Origin: Nemertoderma westbladi | Lineage: Eukaryota > Animalia > Xenacoelomorpha | Assembly: GCA_032718475.1 (NCBI GenBank) | Contig: JAUCBJ010007956.1 | Span: 1-40,708, forward strand | DNA: 40,708 nt | Reading direction: 5' to 3' | Shown here: positions 10,324-22,904 of the stretch, piece after piece | Layout: the number at the start of each line of letters is the position of its first letter | How positions within the stretch are numbered: the first letter of the stretch is position 1 | The notes under the pieces: generated by a model | What the model was told of the DNA's origin: nothing | Seen by the model: only the letters and a program-made list of their open reading frames with translations | Databases searched by the model: none | Position numbers and translations under genes: made by a program

Positions 10324-12117
10324 CTAGGATCGGCATACTGCATTGCAGATGCATTTTGAAGAATGCTGTGCCGGCTTGTCGACAAAATTGCGCCTCCACA
10401 ACTCCCTCTCACCCGTGACATTTGCTAGATCATCCTCATCTTCAAGGCCAGTGTCCTTTAAGATGCGTCTCAAGAATGTCATGGGCTGTCCACCATGCTT
10501 ATTCACTCCATGAGGCTGCCAAAGTACAAGATTATGCACTGGCTGGTCCTCACGGCGAAAGCCGTGTCCTGTAAAGCGGAGGCGATTTTGTTCTAGTGTC
10601 AAGCTTGGGGGAACCAATGAGACACCTCCAATGTTATATAGTGTCTGGTTGGAGATGTGTGCATTGTACTTGACACAATGAACCCGGCGTAGCATTCTTG
10701 TGAATGTTCCATCCAGAGATTTGGTGTCCTCAGCAGTTAGAGCACAGCATGGACTCCCATAGAGGAGTACTGGAACTACTGCTGCTCTAAGTAATCGGAC
10801 CTTAAGTTTCCGATTAATTCTCGGTGAATTCCAAATCCTGGAAAGCCTATTCAAGGCTGCCCATGCCTTTCCCTTACGAATTCGAGGTTATTCGACCTGA
10901 CTTCCGGATCCATGATCCCAGCTAACAGAAGTCGTCCTCAAGCATACCATCCTTTGAGCTTATGCTCATCCGGTCAGAGACTTGCTGAGGACTTTCAAAG
11001 TTAACTGTCAAAATTTTGCTCTTTTTGGAGTTAATAAAAAGACCACCACTAGAAGCAGCCTGTTCTAATGAGCTGAGGAGCTGTTGGGCTCCCTCTAGTG
11101 ATTCTGAGAGTACTCCTAAGTCAAAAGCAAAGTCTAGATCAGTTAGGTACTCGGCAGGATTTCCTCGATCTCTGGAGCCAGTAGGTGGAGTTACCATCAC
11201 CCCATCATCATTATGATGATCTAAGGACATTCGTAGAACATAGTCAACCACAATTATGAACAAGCATGGTACAAGTGTGTCTCCTGGAGGACGCCCCATA
11301 ACACTTCAAATGGTTCTGTGTCACCGTTAACAATAGACACAAATGTTGTCGAACCATCGCATACAGATCTGATTGCTGCAATAATTTCATCAGGAATCCC
11401 ATATAATGAAAGTATGCTGAACATACGTGAGCGAGAGACTGAATCAAAGGCCTTGAAGAAGTCAACAAAGATAACAGCCAGATGCCTGTCTTTCTTTTTT
11501 GATAACTCTTAAATTATCCTTCTAAGTGCCAAAATAGGCTCCATGGTCCCACGACCTTTACGGAACCCATTCTGATTTCCACAGAGCAGCCTCTCAATGG
11601 GATCCCTCATGCGATTTAACAGAATTTTATTGTATAGCTTTGCAGCAGTCGATATCAATGAGATTCCCCGAAAAGAATCAGAGAGTGTTAGGTTACCCGG
11701 CTTCTTGTGAACTGGCTAACTGGCATCAACTTATTTATTTTCATTTCTTGTGGGACTCTTGTTGTTCGGTACATGTCTACTATGATGGGATAGATGAGCT
11801 TTAAACACTCAGGTATTTTAAAGACCTCAGGGGGAACACCATCTACTCCACTGGCACGATTGGTCTTAATGCTCTTTGCAGCAGCCTTCACTTCTGAAAA
11901 GGAGATATCGCCAATGGGAATATCTGGGAGTACAGACTCAGACACTTTTACTTCTATAAAGTTATCAGGCAATACCCTGTCATTATTGAGGAGCTTTTCA
12001 AAGTGGGCCTTCCAACCATCGAGGCGATCGGCTGGTGATTCAGCCTTAACCTTGGTGGTTGGTTGGCTTTTCCGCCCAGTAAGCAGATTGATTGATTTCC
12101 ATGCCTGGGATGATTGC
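10324..12117 (-). mobile_element. 5'-truncated, frameshifted RTE-clade LINE
   Basis: ORF pieces RASGVDGVPPEVFK, GDTLVPCLFIIVVDYVLR, LDFAFD (decayed FADD), VLLYG, RLRFTGH, LVLWQP. Confidence 0.9.
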
Positions 12118-14311
12118 AGTCAAATTAAATTAAAATTAATTAAGATGGTTAGGGTAAAAACAGCATATTCAACATGACTTTAAATGTAAATTAATTATTT
12201 TATAGTATAAGGTATAAATAATTAAACTTAAAAATTATACAACTGTAATGCCCATACCCCATTCCATTATAGTTTTTAATTAGTTCAAATGATTTGCTTT
12301 TAGAAAAGAAATGTGTTTTTAATTGATCTAAACGTAATTAAGTTATTAAAATATCCCGTCAGCCGTCATTCTACACTACCTCCCTTATTCCAAGGCATGC
12401 TTGCTATTGTCTACTGGGAACCAGTCCAACCACAAGCTCACAACTACTCATTTGGCAGCAATGTAATGAGCCAGACTAATAAGAGAACCTTGCTTATTGC
12501 GTTTAGCTTACAAAATGATTGGCTGAGTATTTAATCGTGATTCTTTAGAATAATTACATAAATAATTTCGTTGAGGCGTTGACATGATAAATTAATATTT
12601 CAGTATCAATACTATCGGCATAAGGTAAGTTTTATATTTCTTACAAATGCGTCGCCTCCACCCCTAAAATATTTAATACATTACTTTATGAGTTTAACAT
12701 GTAACCAATAATATGAGTTTATTGATTTCTTTGTAGGTTAAGTAAATTAAATAATATGCGATCTTTAATTATTTTTGCTAGAAATATGTGCTGTTTGTAT
12801 ATTTGTGAATCGCTTCCAGTTGTATTTTGTGTTATATTAAAAATAAATATAACATATTAATTTTAAAACACAAATTTTATGTGAATACCTGCATTCACCA
12901 ATCATGTGTGCGCCTTTGGGTTGGGGTGGTGCAGATTAAGAGAGAGGTTGAAGGAGGGGGGGGGGGGGGGGGGGGACTTTATTCCTCTCTCTTTGATTTA
13001 CTGGTGTTTGGTTAAATTTCTTAAATACCGGGTTTGTGATAAAGTTGAATCGCTCAATATTAATCAGTTTCTCATAACTGAACCTCGTGCTGCGCGAAGG
13101 CCCCACGATTTTAAAAAATTCTTTTTTTAACTAATTTTGCAGAAAATTAGTTAAAAAAGTATTTTTTAAACTAAAGCTTACTGTACAACTAGCTCAAACA
13201 ATCTTCCGTCTGTACAGTACCGGTACCGGTACTTGTACACTGTAACACAGTAGGCCTCGTTCTGTAGTACAGCAGTGCATTTGAATACTGAAATTCGGTG
13301 ATAGTGGATCTGTCTCATCCTCAGATCCTACAGAATGGATGATAGCAGTTAGTACCGCACCGGACCTTTAACTTAATCTTAACCTTTATTAATATAAAAA
13401 TGGGAGTTTTATTTGATGCGGCAGACGTTATCCAAGTTTTTTCTGTCTCTTCGTATATTGACTGAATCAGAATTTTTATTTTTGCTTTCAATCTTTTACT
13501 TCAAGAGTTTGTAAAAGGTCTCCCAGTCGATATGTACACGTCGCAGCAGTAAGGTGCGAAATACATGTTTGAGTTGAACTAGGCCCTACTGTAGAGATTG
13601 AACCACTAGTATAGTGATGTTGATTGGTGGACCTAATATCCTCTCGCTCGTCAACAAGTCTACCCAACCCCACAGACTGTCGAACAAGGCTTCTCTGATG
13701 CATTAAATTGTTCCTCTTTTACGGAGCAATATTATGAATGCCACTGCACTGCTTCTACTACAGGCCTATCCTGAAGTAGAACCCACACAAGTCATCAAGA
13801 AAAAACACAGATGGACCTGACTCTTTCCAAAGCCAAGCCACCCACCCACACCCCCTACCTACGACTTAGACCAATATTCGGCCACCCTCCAACTCTTGAC
13901 TGAATCAAAATTCATCACTCCCAAGGGCAAATCGAACCAAATATCAACTGTTTACTCGAATACAGAAAACTGCAACCTATGCTCTTGAGTTTCCTTTGTT
14001 GTTTTGGATAGAATAACATGGGGCATTTTAACCTGCTCCTTTACATTAATTGATAATTTAACATTTAAGCGAGAAATAAATTGGTGATTGTAATGTTATT
14101 TGTGATATTTTTCAACACCTGTCTCAAATAAGTTGGCCTATACTATCGGTATCAATATAATTATTTTGAAATTTAAATAGTACTGATGTAGCAGTTTGCT
14201 TTAAGTATTCGACTTTACAGTCCATAGCCTACAGTAGTACAGTAACAGTAGTTGTTATAGTAACAGTAGTTGTTATAGTAACAGTAGTTGTTATAGTAAC
14301 AGTAGTTGTTA

Positions 14312-14461
14312 TCATTGGCAACTTTTACATCCACATATAGATGCTTCTTCCACGAGCATTTCGTATTCAACTCCAGCGACCTGGTTGTAATTCCCGTTGT
14401 AACACTTTCTAAATGTTAACGTCTTAGTTGACGTTACCAGTTCTTCGCAACAGGAACATTT
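14312..14461 (-). CDS. Bursicon-beta-like cystine-knot protein, exon 3 (KCSCCEELVTSTKTLTFRKCYNGNYNQVAGVEYEMLVEEASICGCKSCQ*)
   Basis: ttctag acceptor, phase 0, 150 nt ending in TGA; the CxCC-x14-CY-x21-CxCxxC pattern completes the knot begun in exon 39508-39681. Confidence 0.85.
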   Translation of the reverse strand, partial: KCSCCEELVTSTKTLTFRKCYNGNYNQVAGVEYEMLVEEASICGCKSCQ

Positions 14462-15289
14462 CTAGAATAGTAATATTGGAAATGTATTATATTTGATTCA
14501 AGTGATAGATACTTAAAGGAAGTTCACGCGCACGCGCGCAGTTTACCGCAATCCACTCGCTAAAATAAAATTGGAACGCCATTTGGAAACTATAATTGGT
14601 ATGATGTTAAGAAAGGTTGTATTGCCATGGCTGTCTATGCGGTACACTCTCTGGTACACTCTACCGTTGACGGCAATGCATTTGGATAAAATTGGAACGC
14701 GATTTAGAAAGCACAATGACAGTTGTAATAGTGTAGGCCAGGTAGATTGGCAAGCCACTCAGATAACACTAACCAAGCAGGAATGATTAAACAGGGAAAT
14801 TTTAATTTAGCGTATTTTAATGTATAATGTTATTATCCTTTAATCTGTCAAGGAAATACATTAATTTGACGGATCGAATATTAATGTATGTTTCGGGATG
14901 TAACCTAAAGTAAGAGCGTTGTGAAAAGGGGCTGTGACGTCGGAGGGGGTTGGTGGTGTAGTGTGTATGTAGACTCATCTAATATAATGTAATCAATGCT
15001 ATGAAAATGTGAGTATATTGCAATAAAATATGAATATAATCATATAATCACAGCGTTTTGGTTTTCGATTACAGCGCTATGAAAACGCGGTGACAGCGCT
15101 GTCAAAGTGCGATCAAAATGAGATGTCATTTAAACACCATACTATCACCACGAGTTGTATCTGTGCGAACCGGGCTTAACTTTCATATTAAAAAATTAAT
15201 GAATTGTAGTTAAGCTGTTAATGCAACTTTAAAAAATGATGTTGTAATAAGTTGTTCCGAAATGGAAAAAATGAGAAAGCGCGTCACCA

Positions 15290-15367
15290 GGGGTTGAACC
15301 AGCGCTATACGTACGTGTCGGCCTATCAGGCATCTTCAGTAGCGCTAATAGGTTCAGCCACACTCCC
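15290..15367 (-). ncRNA. Second copy of the degenerate A-box/hammerhead/B-box element
   Basis: Same sequence as 9073-9150, carried by the segmental duplication. Confidence 0.7.
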
Positions 15368-16540
15368 CTGACCCTCGCCTTTCTATTTAATCCACTTCAA
15401 TTGAACAGGCAGTCAAAGCTGTGCTTTAACATTGCATCTTTGTTTTTCACTAACTAGCACACAAACAATACTTGCGTTACAAAATCAGCTGCTCACAGGC
15501 AGGGCCGCTTTAATTCCTAGGCTTATAAGGGGTTGGGTGCAATCTTGGACCGCGTCCAACGTTCTCCCGGGACCAACCTTCGCCCGATTGGGGGAAAGGA
15601 GCAGGTTACAGACACGTTAGGTTACTGAGACGAATTTTCTAACCAAAACAATAAACGAGGTTTTTAATAATCATTTTGAGGGTAAAGATTGTTCCGGGCG
15701 ACGATTGCTCGCGGGCGAAGTTTGCTGCGTTCCCGGCTGCATCCTATTGGCCCTCTGGCTCTAGGGGACACCAAAATTTTAAATAACCGATGAGAGGGTG
15801 AGAAATTCAAAAGTTTGCCTTAAAAGGCCCGCCCCACTCGGCACCTAACTTTCATTTTATATCCAAAAAGTTTAAATAGGTTCGTTGAAAGTTTTCGCTC
15901 GCTTTGCTGGCGTTTGCATTCTTCTGTTATATCCTTCTGGCCAAACCATTTTATAATACACTGCATATTGGTGAGAATTTTAAACAAAACCTAAAAAATG
16001 CAATACTTAATCACGAAGAAACATAGTAATTTTTGTCAAAATTTGAGTACCACCTAGGGGCGGGGGTGTCCACAGTGGAGAATAGTCTAGGGGCCTCGAT
16101 AAGGTTAACACGGTGTAAATGCATCCCCCAGACGCGCGCGGAATGCCCCCCCCCCCACAGTATTTTCACCCCAGATTTCGAGAGTGGCGGTCCGAAACCC
16201 TAATTAAAACTGTCATGTAACCCTAACCCTAAGTCATGAGGCTCTAATCTAAGACATTTTGTGGAATTTCGGATATTCCATGGTCCAAATTTAAAATTTC
16301 CACAAAATTTCGTATTTTAGAACCTCTTGACTTAGGGTTAGGGTTACTGGCAGTTTTAATCAGGGTTTTATTTACTTTACGGTTTGGTTTGATTTGAATT
16401 ACCTGAATTAACCAGTTTGGTGTGCTGTTTAAAAATGCCTGGGGCTAAACGGCCAATCACATCTTATAATGTTCTGAGCTCCATTCACTACCCTACTGAT
16501 GAATATTTCCCGTTGCCCAATGCAATACGGGCAAACACTA

Positions 16541-18334
16541 CTAGGATCGGCATACTGCATTGCAGATGCATTTTGAAGAATGCTGTGCCGGCTTGTCGAC
16601 AAAATTGCGCCTCCACAACTCCCTCTCACCCGTGACATTTGCTAGATCATCCTCATCTTCAAGGCCAGTGTCCTTTAAGATGCGTCTCAAGAATGTCATG
16701 GGCTGTCCACCATGCTTATTCACTCCATGAGGCTGCCAAAGTACAAGATTATGCACTGGCTGGTCCTCACGGCGAAAGCCGTGTCCTGTAAAGCGGAGGC
16801 GATTTTGTTCTAGTGTCAAGCTTGGGGGAACCAATGAGACACCTCCAATGTTATATAGTGTCTGGTTGGAGATGTGTGCATTGTACTTGACACAATGAAC
16901 CCGGCGTAGCATTCTTGTGAATGTTCCATCCAGAGATTTGGTGTCCTCAGCAGTTAGAGCACAGCATGGACTCCCATAGAGGAGTACTGGAACTACTGCT
17001 GCTCTAAGTAATCGGACCTTAAGTTTCCGATTAATTCTCGGTGAATTCCAAATCCTGGAAAGCCTATTCAAGCCTGCCCATGCCTTTCCCTTACGAATTC
17101 GAGGTTATTCGACCTGACTTCCGGATCCATGATCCCAGCTAACAGAAGTCGTCCTCAAGCATACCATCCTTTGAGCTTATGCTCATCCGGTCAGAGACTT
17201 GCTGAGGACTTTCAAAGTTAACTGTCAAAATTTTGCTCTTTTTGGAGTTAATAAAAAGACCACCACTAGAAGCAGCCTGTTCTAATGAGCTGAGGAGCCG
17301 TTGGGCTCCCTCTAGTGATTCTGAGAGTACTCCTAAGTCAAAAGCAAAGTCTAGATCAGTTAGGTACTCGGCAGGATTTCCTCGATCTCTGGAGCCAGTA
17401 GGTGGAGTTACCATCACCCCATCATCATTATGATGATCTAAGGACATTCGTAGAACATAGTCAACCACAATTATGAACAAGCATGGTACAAGTGTGTCTC
17501 CTGGAGGACGCCCCATAACACTTCAAATGGTTCTGTGTCACCGTTAACAATAGACACAAATGTTGTCGAACCATCGCATACAGATCTGATTGCTGCAATA
17601 ATTTCATCAGGAATCCCATATAATGAAAGTATGCTGAACATACGTGAGCGAGAGACTGAATCAAAGGCCTTGAAGAAGTCAACAAAGATAACAGCCAGAT
17701 GCCTGTCTTTCTTTTTTGATAACTCTTAAATTATCCTTCTAAGTGCCAAAATAGGCTCCATGGTCCCACGACCTTTACGGAACCCATTCTGATTTCCACA
17801 GAGCAGCCTCTCAATGGGATCCCTCATGCGATTTAACAGAATTTTATTGTATAGCTTTGCAGCAGTCGATATCAATGAGATTCCCCGAAAAGAATCAGAG
17901 AGTGTTAGGTTACCCGGCTTCTTGTGAACTGGCTAACTGGCATCAACTTATTTATTTTCATTTCTTGTGGGACTCTTGTTGTTCGGTACATGTCTACTAT
18001 GATGGGATAGATGAGCTTTAAACACTCAGGTATTTTAAAGACCTCAGGGGGAACACCATCTACTCCACTGGCACGATTGGTCTTAATGCTCTTTGCAGCA
18101 GCCTTCACTTCTGAAAAGGAGATATCGCCAATGGGAATATCTGGGAGTACAGACTCAGACACTTTTACTTCTATAAAGTTATCAGGCAATACCCTGTCAT
18201 TATTGAGGAGCTTTTCAAAGTGGGCCTTCCAACCATCGAGGCGATCGGCTGGTGATTCAGCCTTAACCTTGGTGGTTGGTTGGCTTTTCCGCCCAGTAAG
18301 CAGATTGATTGATTTCCATGCCTGGGATGATTGC
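16541..18334 (-). mobile_element. Duplicate of the decayed RTE-clade LINE
   Basis: Same ORF fragments at +6217. Confidence 0.9.
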
Positions 18335-19907
18335 AGTCAAATTAAATTAAAATTAATTAAGATGGTTAGGGTAAAAACAGCATATTCAACATGACTTTAA
18401 ATGTAAATTAATTATTTTATAGTATAAGGTATAAATAATTAAACTTAAAAATTATACAACTGTAATGCCCATACCCCATTCCATTATAGTTTTTAATTAG
18501 TTCAAATGATTTGCTTTTAGAAAAGAAATGTGTTTTTAATTGATCTAAACGTAATTAAGTTATTAAAATATCCCGTCAGCCGTCATTCTACACTACCTCC
18601 CTTATTCCAAGGCATGCTTGCTATTGTCTACTGGGAACCAGTCCAACCACAAGCTCACAACTACTCATTTGGCAGCAATGTAATGAGCCAGACTAATAAG
18701 AGAACCTTGCTTATTGCGTTTAGCTTACAAAATGATTGGCTGAGTATTTAATCGTGATTCTTTAGAATAATTACATAAATAATTTCGTTGAGGCGTTGAC
18801 ATGATAAATTAATATTTCAGTATCAATACTATCGGCATAAGGTAAGTTTTATATTTCTTACAAATGCGTCGCCTCCACCCCTAAAATATTTAATACATTA
18901 CTTTATGAGTTTAACATGTAACCAATAATATGAGTTTATTGATTTCTTTGTAGGTTAAGTAAATTAAATAATATGCGATCTTTAATTATTTTTGCTAGAA
19001 ATATGTGCTGTTTGTATATTTGTGAATCGCTTCCAGTTGTATTTTGTGTTATATTAAAAATAAATATAACATATTAATTTTAAAACACAAATTTTATGTG
19101 AATACCTGCATTCACCAATCATGTGTGCGCCTTTGGGTTGGGGTGGTGCAGATTAAGAGAGAGGTTGAAGGAGGGGGGGTGGGGGGGGGGGACTTTATTC
19201 CTCTCTCTTTGATTTACTGGTGTTTGGTTAAATTTCTTAAATACCGGGTTTGTGATAAAGTTGAATCGCTCAATATTAATCAGTTTCTCATAACTGAACC
19301 TCGTGCTGCGCAAGGCCCCACGATCGTGTATTTATATACTTTTAATTAAGGTAATACTGATATTCGTGCTTATACATTTAATAATGTTTTCCAACTAATT
19401 TGGAATAATTCATACCTATAATATATATCTTTATTTTTCATTTTGTTACCTTAGTAAACATTCGGAAATATATTACCAACTTATTAAAAATATAATTTAT
19501 GAATCAAAAGAGTATATATATATTTATTGTTATTCAACCGTTTTTTCCCCTTTTCACCTTATTTTTCAATTAATAATAGTAGTAGTTAGTTTATTGAAAT
19601 AAAGTAATAATATTAATATACCCAAATTAATTACACATAACATACGGTAAAAAAAATGCATAAATAAACAAATACACCAAAAATAATTAACATTGTAAAA
19701 CCCAAAATTATGTCCATAGATTCTTGATAGATAAACATTAACAAAACATTTTCCGTATTAATAAAATACCTCAAAAATCGCAGATATCACTTTACATAAT
19801 GATAGTAGACCCATATCGCCCTTACTGCATGAAATCATAAATACTATTGTAATTAAACGCGTTAAATTTTTCAGATTAAGATTTTTAGAAGATTTTTAAA
19901 CGGTGAG

Positions 19908-21444
19908 GGTTATATTGAAAAATATCGAGACATGAAAAATATCGAGAGTAAAAATAACGCGACTAAAAACATCGAGTGTTGAAAAATAACGATAATATCG
20001 AGAGTTCAAAAAATATCGAGAGTAAAAATATCGAGGGTAAAAATATAGAGAGTAAAAATACCGAGTGTTGAAAAATATCGAGAGTAAAAATATCGAGAGT
20101 AAAAATATCGAGTGTTGAAAAATATCGAGAGAAAAATATCGAGTGTTGAAAAATATCGAGAGTAAAAATATCGAGAGTAAAAATATCGAGTGTTGAAAAA
20201 TATCGAGAGTAAAAATATCAAGTGTTGAAAAATATCGAGAGTAAAAATATCGAGTGTTGAAAAATATCGAGAGTAAAGATATCGTTAGTAAAAATATCGA
20301 GTGTTGAAAAATATCGAGAGTAAAATATCGAGTGTTGAAAAATATCGACAGTAAAAATATCGAGTTTTGAAAAATATCGAGTGTTGAAAAATATCGAGTG
20401 TTAAAAAATATCGAGAGTAAAAATATCGAGTGTTGAAAAATATCGAGAGTAAAAATATCGAGTGTTGAAAAATATCGAGAGTAAAAATATCGATAGTAAA
20501 AATTTTTTTAACTAAGGATTGTATGATAATTTTTTTCCTAAAAATGTTCTTGAACAAAAAAAATGTGTTCTAGAACAAAAATATTTATCAAAATTTATAG
20601 CTAGCACTTCTTTTATGCTACAGTATTTATTTAAAAAATAGCAAAAACTACAGTAGCTAGTATAATAAATCTGGTAAATGGGTACCCAAGGTGTATTACA
20701 TAATGCCATTCACTTGCACTGTTGTAACCCATGCACTGCAATATTGTTCCATAATTCTAAATAAAATTCTCAAGCAAAATTCAATATTTTCTCTCTCGAT
20801 ATTTTTCAACACTCGATATTTTTACTCTTGATATTTTTACTCTCGATATTTTTCAACACTCGATATTTTTCAACACTCGATATTTTTCAACACTCGATAT
20901 TTTTAATCTCGATATTTTCAACACTCGATATTTTTCAACACTCGATATTTTTCAACACTCGATATTTTTCAACAGTCGATATTTTTCAACACTCGATATT
21001 TTTCAACACTCGATATTTTTCAACTCTCGATATTTTTCAACACTCGATATTTTTACTCTCGATATTTTTCAACACTCGATATTTTTCAACACTCGATATT
21101 TTTACTCTCGATATTTTTCAACACTCGATATTTTTCAACACTCGATATTTTTACTCTCGATATTTTTCAACACTCGATATTTTTATTCTCGATATTTTTC
21201 AACACTCGATATTTTTCACTCTCGATATTTTTCAACACTCGATATTTTTACTCTCGATATTTTTCAACACTCGATATTTTTCAACACTCGTTATTTTCGA
21301 TATTTTTCATCTCGTGTTATTTTTTTTCTCGATGTTTTTTAATCACGTTAATTTTCAACACTCGTTATTTTTACTCTCGATATTTTTACTCTCGTTATTT
21401 TTACTCTCGATATTTTTCAAGTCTCGATATTTTTCACCATTACC
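19908..21444. mobile_element. Foldback-type non-autonomous DNA transposon (Merlin-like ends)
   Basis: TIR GGTTATATTGAAAAATATCGAGAC / GTCTCGATATTTTTCACCATTACC, 8-bp TSD ACGGTGAG (19900-19907, 21445-21452); each arm is ~600 bp of 15/17-bp AAAAATATCGAG repeats around a ~290-bp spacer. Confidence 0.85.
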
Positions 21445-21654
21445 ACGGTGAGTACTCAGTCTAAATCTCGTAATATTAATTCTCAATGAATAATCACAGC
21501 AGTACAATTAGTAAACATAGTAATGAATAAACATAAGGTAGGTATGGAACTACCTGTAGGTGAAAACAACAGATATCACAAACCCCCTCTTCGCTACTGG
21601 AAATGTCGCGAAAAAAATAACTAATTAGTTTATAGGTTTAAGAAAAGTAATCAG

Positions 21655-21888
21655 GGTGTTTCGCAGTGCGACCCCGTACTGTGGTATAATATTGGTGTTT
21701 CGCAGTGCGACCCCGTACTGTGGTATAATATTGGTGTTTCGCAGTGCGACCCCGTACTGTGGTATAATATTGGTGTTTCGCAGTGCGACCCCGTACTGTG
21801 GTATAATATTGGTGTTTCGCAGTGCGACCCCGTACTGTGGTATAATATTGGTGTTTCGCAGTGCGACCCCGTACTGTGGTATAATATT
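21655..21888. repeat. 39-bp minisatellite, 6 perfect copies
   Basis: GGTGTTTCGCAGTGCGACCCCGTACTGTGGTATAATATT x6 with no spacers. Confidence 0.97.
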
Positions 21889-22231
21889 GACACTTTATTA
21901 TCTATCATTATCTTTCTATTGCTTTCTATTGCTACGAACAAATCACCATAAAATTCAAGAATAACAGCGGTGTAACTGGTGTAATATCGCTGGAGACACT
22001 TTTTTAAACGCTTGTAGCTAAAGATTGAAAGTAAAAATAATAATTCTGGCTCACCCACTAAGGAGGAGGGAGATGAAAGTAACTCTGTTTCAAATTTCAT
22101 GCAATCTCATTAAAATTTGTAAAACACTTATTCTGGGACATGGTGTATGCCGTATTAAGTGCCTACTACGAGGATGGGGATGCTGCATTGCACCTGCATA
22201 TTTAAGAATGCTGTACCGGCTTGTCGACAAA

Positions 22232-22560
22232 ATCTATCGCCCCGACTCTGTAGCTCACGCTGAATTTCTAACAGTACTGGACTCAACCCTTTCTAACCTT
22301 TCTAAAAATAACCTTGACATCATTATAACTGGCGATATGAACAATAACCTACTTCAACCGAACACTGGTTCATCTTCCTATATCGATCTAATGACTTCTT
22401 ATGGTTTCGTCCAATTAATTAATCGACCTACTCGAATTTTTCACTCTGAACTTAAAGGTCGTACCTCTGAAACTTCACTCTGAAACACTAATCGGCCATA
22501 TCTTTTACTAACATCACAACTTACTCAACTAATTCCGGTACAATTTCTTGTAAAATTGGC
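22232..22560 (+). mobile_element. LINE endonuclease (APE) fragment, CR1/L2 group
   Basis: IYRP, IIITGDMN, GFVQLINRPTRI motifs. Confidence 0.8.
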
Positions 22561-22639
22561 ACCAGCGACCACCAACCCACCTTTGTTATTCTCGAAAAAT
22601 ACTCCTCTTCTTCCATTGCCCCTAAACAAACATTTAAGT

Positions 22640-22830
22640 TCTCTATCCATGATCCAAGGTACTGGAAGTCATCGACCTTCCTTAGTTGCGATTATTATCA
22701 ATGGTTGTCAAGTTTCCATCAACATTAAAGGTCATGAATTCGGTCTTTGTAGCATTTATATGCAATCCGACCTCCTTAGCAGCCCTCTCCACTTTATTTA
22801 ATAGAAGCTGTGCATTCTATTCTATCTATT
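22640..22830 (-). mobile_element. RTE-type reverse transcriptase fragment
   Basis: Manual translation AQLLLNKVERAAKEVGLHINATKTEFMTFN and, after a frameshift, KVDDFQYLGSWI. Confidence 0.75.
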
Positions 22831-22904
22831 GCGTTGGGTTTTGCGGCGACCGGGTGTCGGTTAGTGACGTCATATTACCCCAATCTCACCCACCCATATT
22901 ACCC

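Larger units (their letters stand above)
7025..13109. repeat. Tandem segmental duplication, copy 1 (its first ~130 bp are at 2132-2262, split off by the LINE)
   Basis: Sequence and ORFs recur at an offset of 6217 nt. Confidence 0.97.
13110..19324. repeat. Tandem segmental duplication, copy 2 (no LINE insertion)
   Basis: Near-identical to 2132-2262 plus 7025-13109; shared end GGCCCCACGAT at 13109 and 19324. Confidence 0.97.

Noticed and set aside
10277-10330. Possible hammerhead (CCTA-CTGATGA...CAAAC...TAGG)
   Set aside because: Six unpaired bases before stem II, no GAAA and no credible stem III.
7025-19324. Duplication as a Helitron tandem
   Set aside because: No TC...CTRR termini, no 3' hairpin of the expected form and no Rep/helicase remnant.
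20006-22100. Long repetitive ORFs (IFFNTRYFSTLD..., ILYHSTGSHCETP...)
   Set aside because: They are translations of tandem repeats that happen to lack stop codons.
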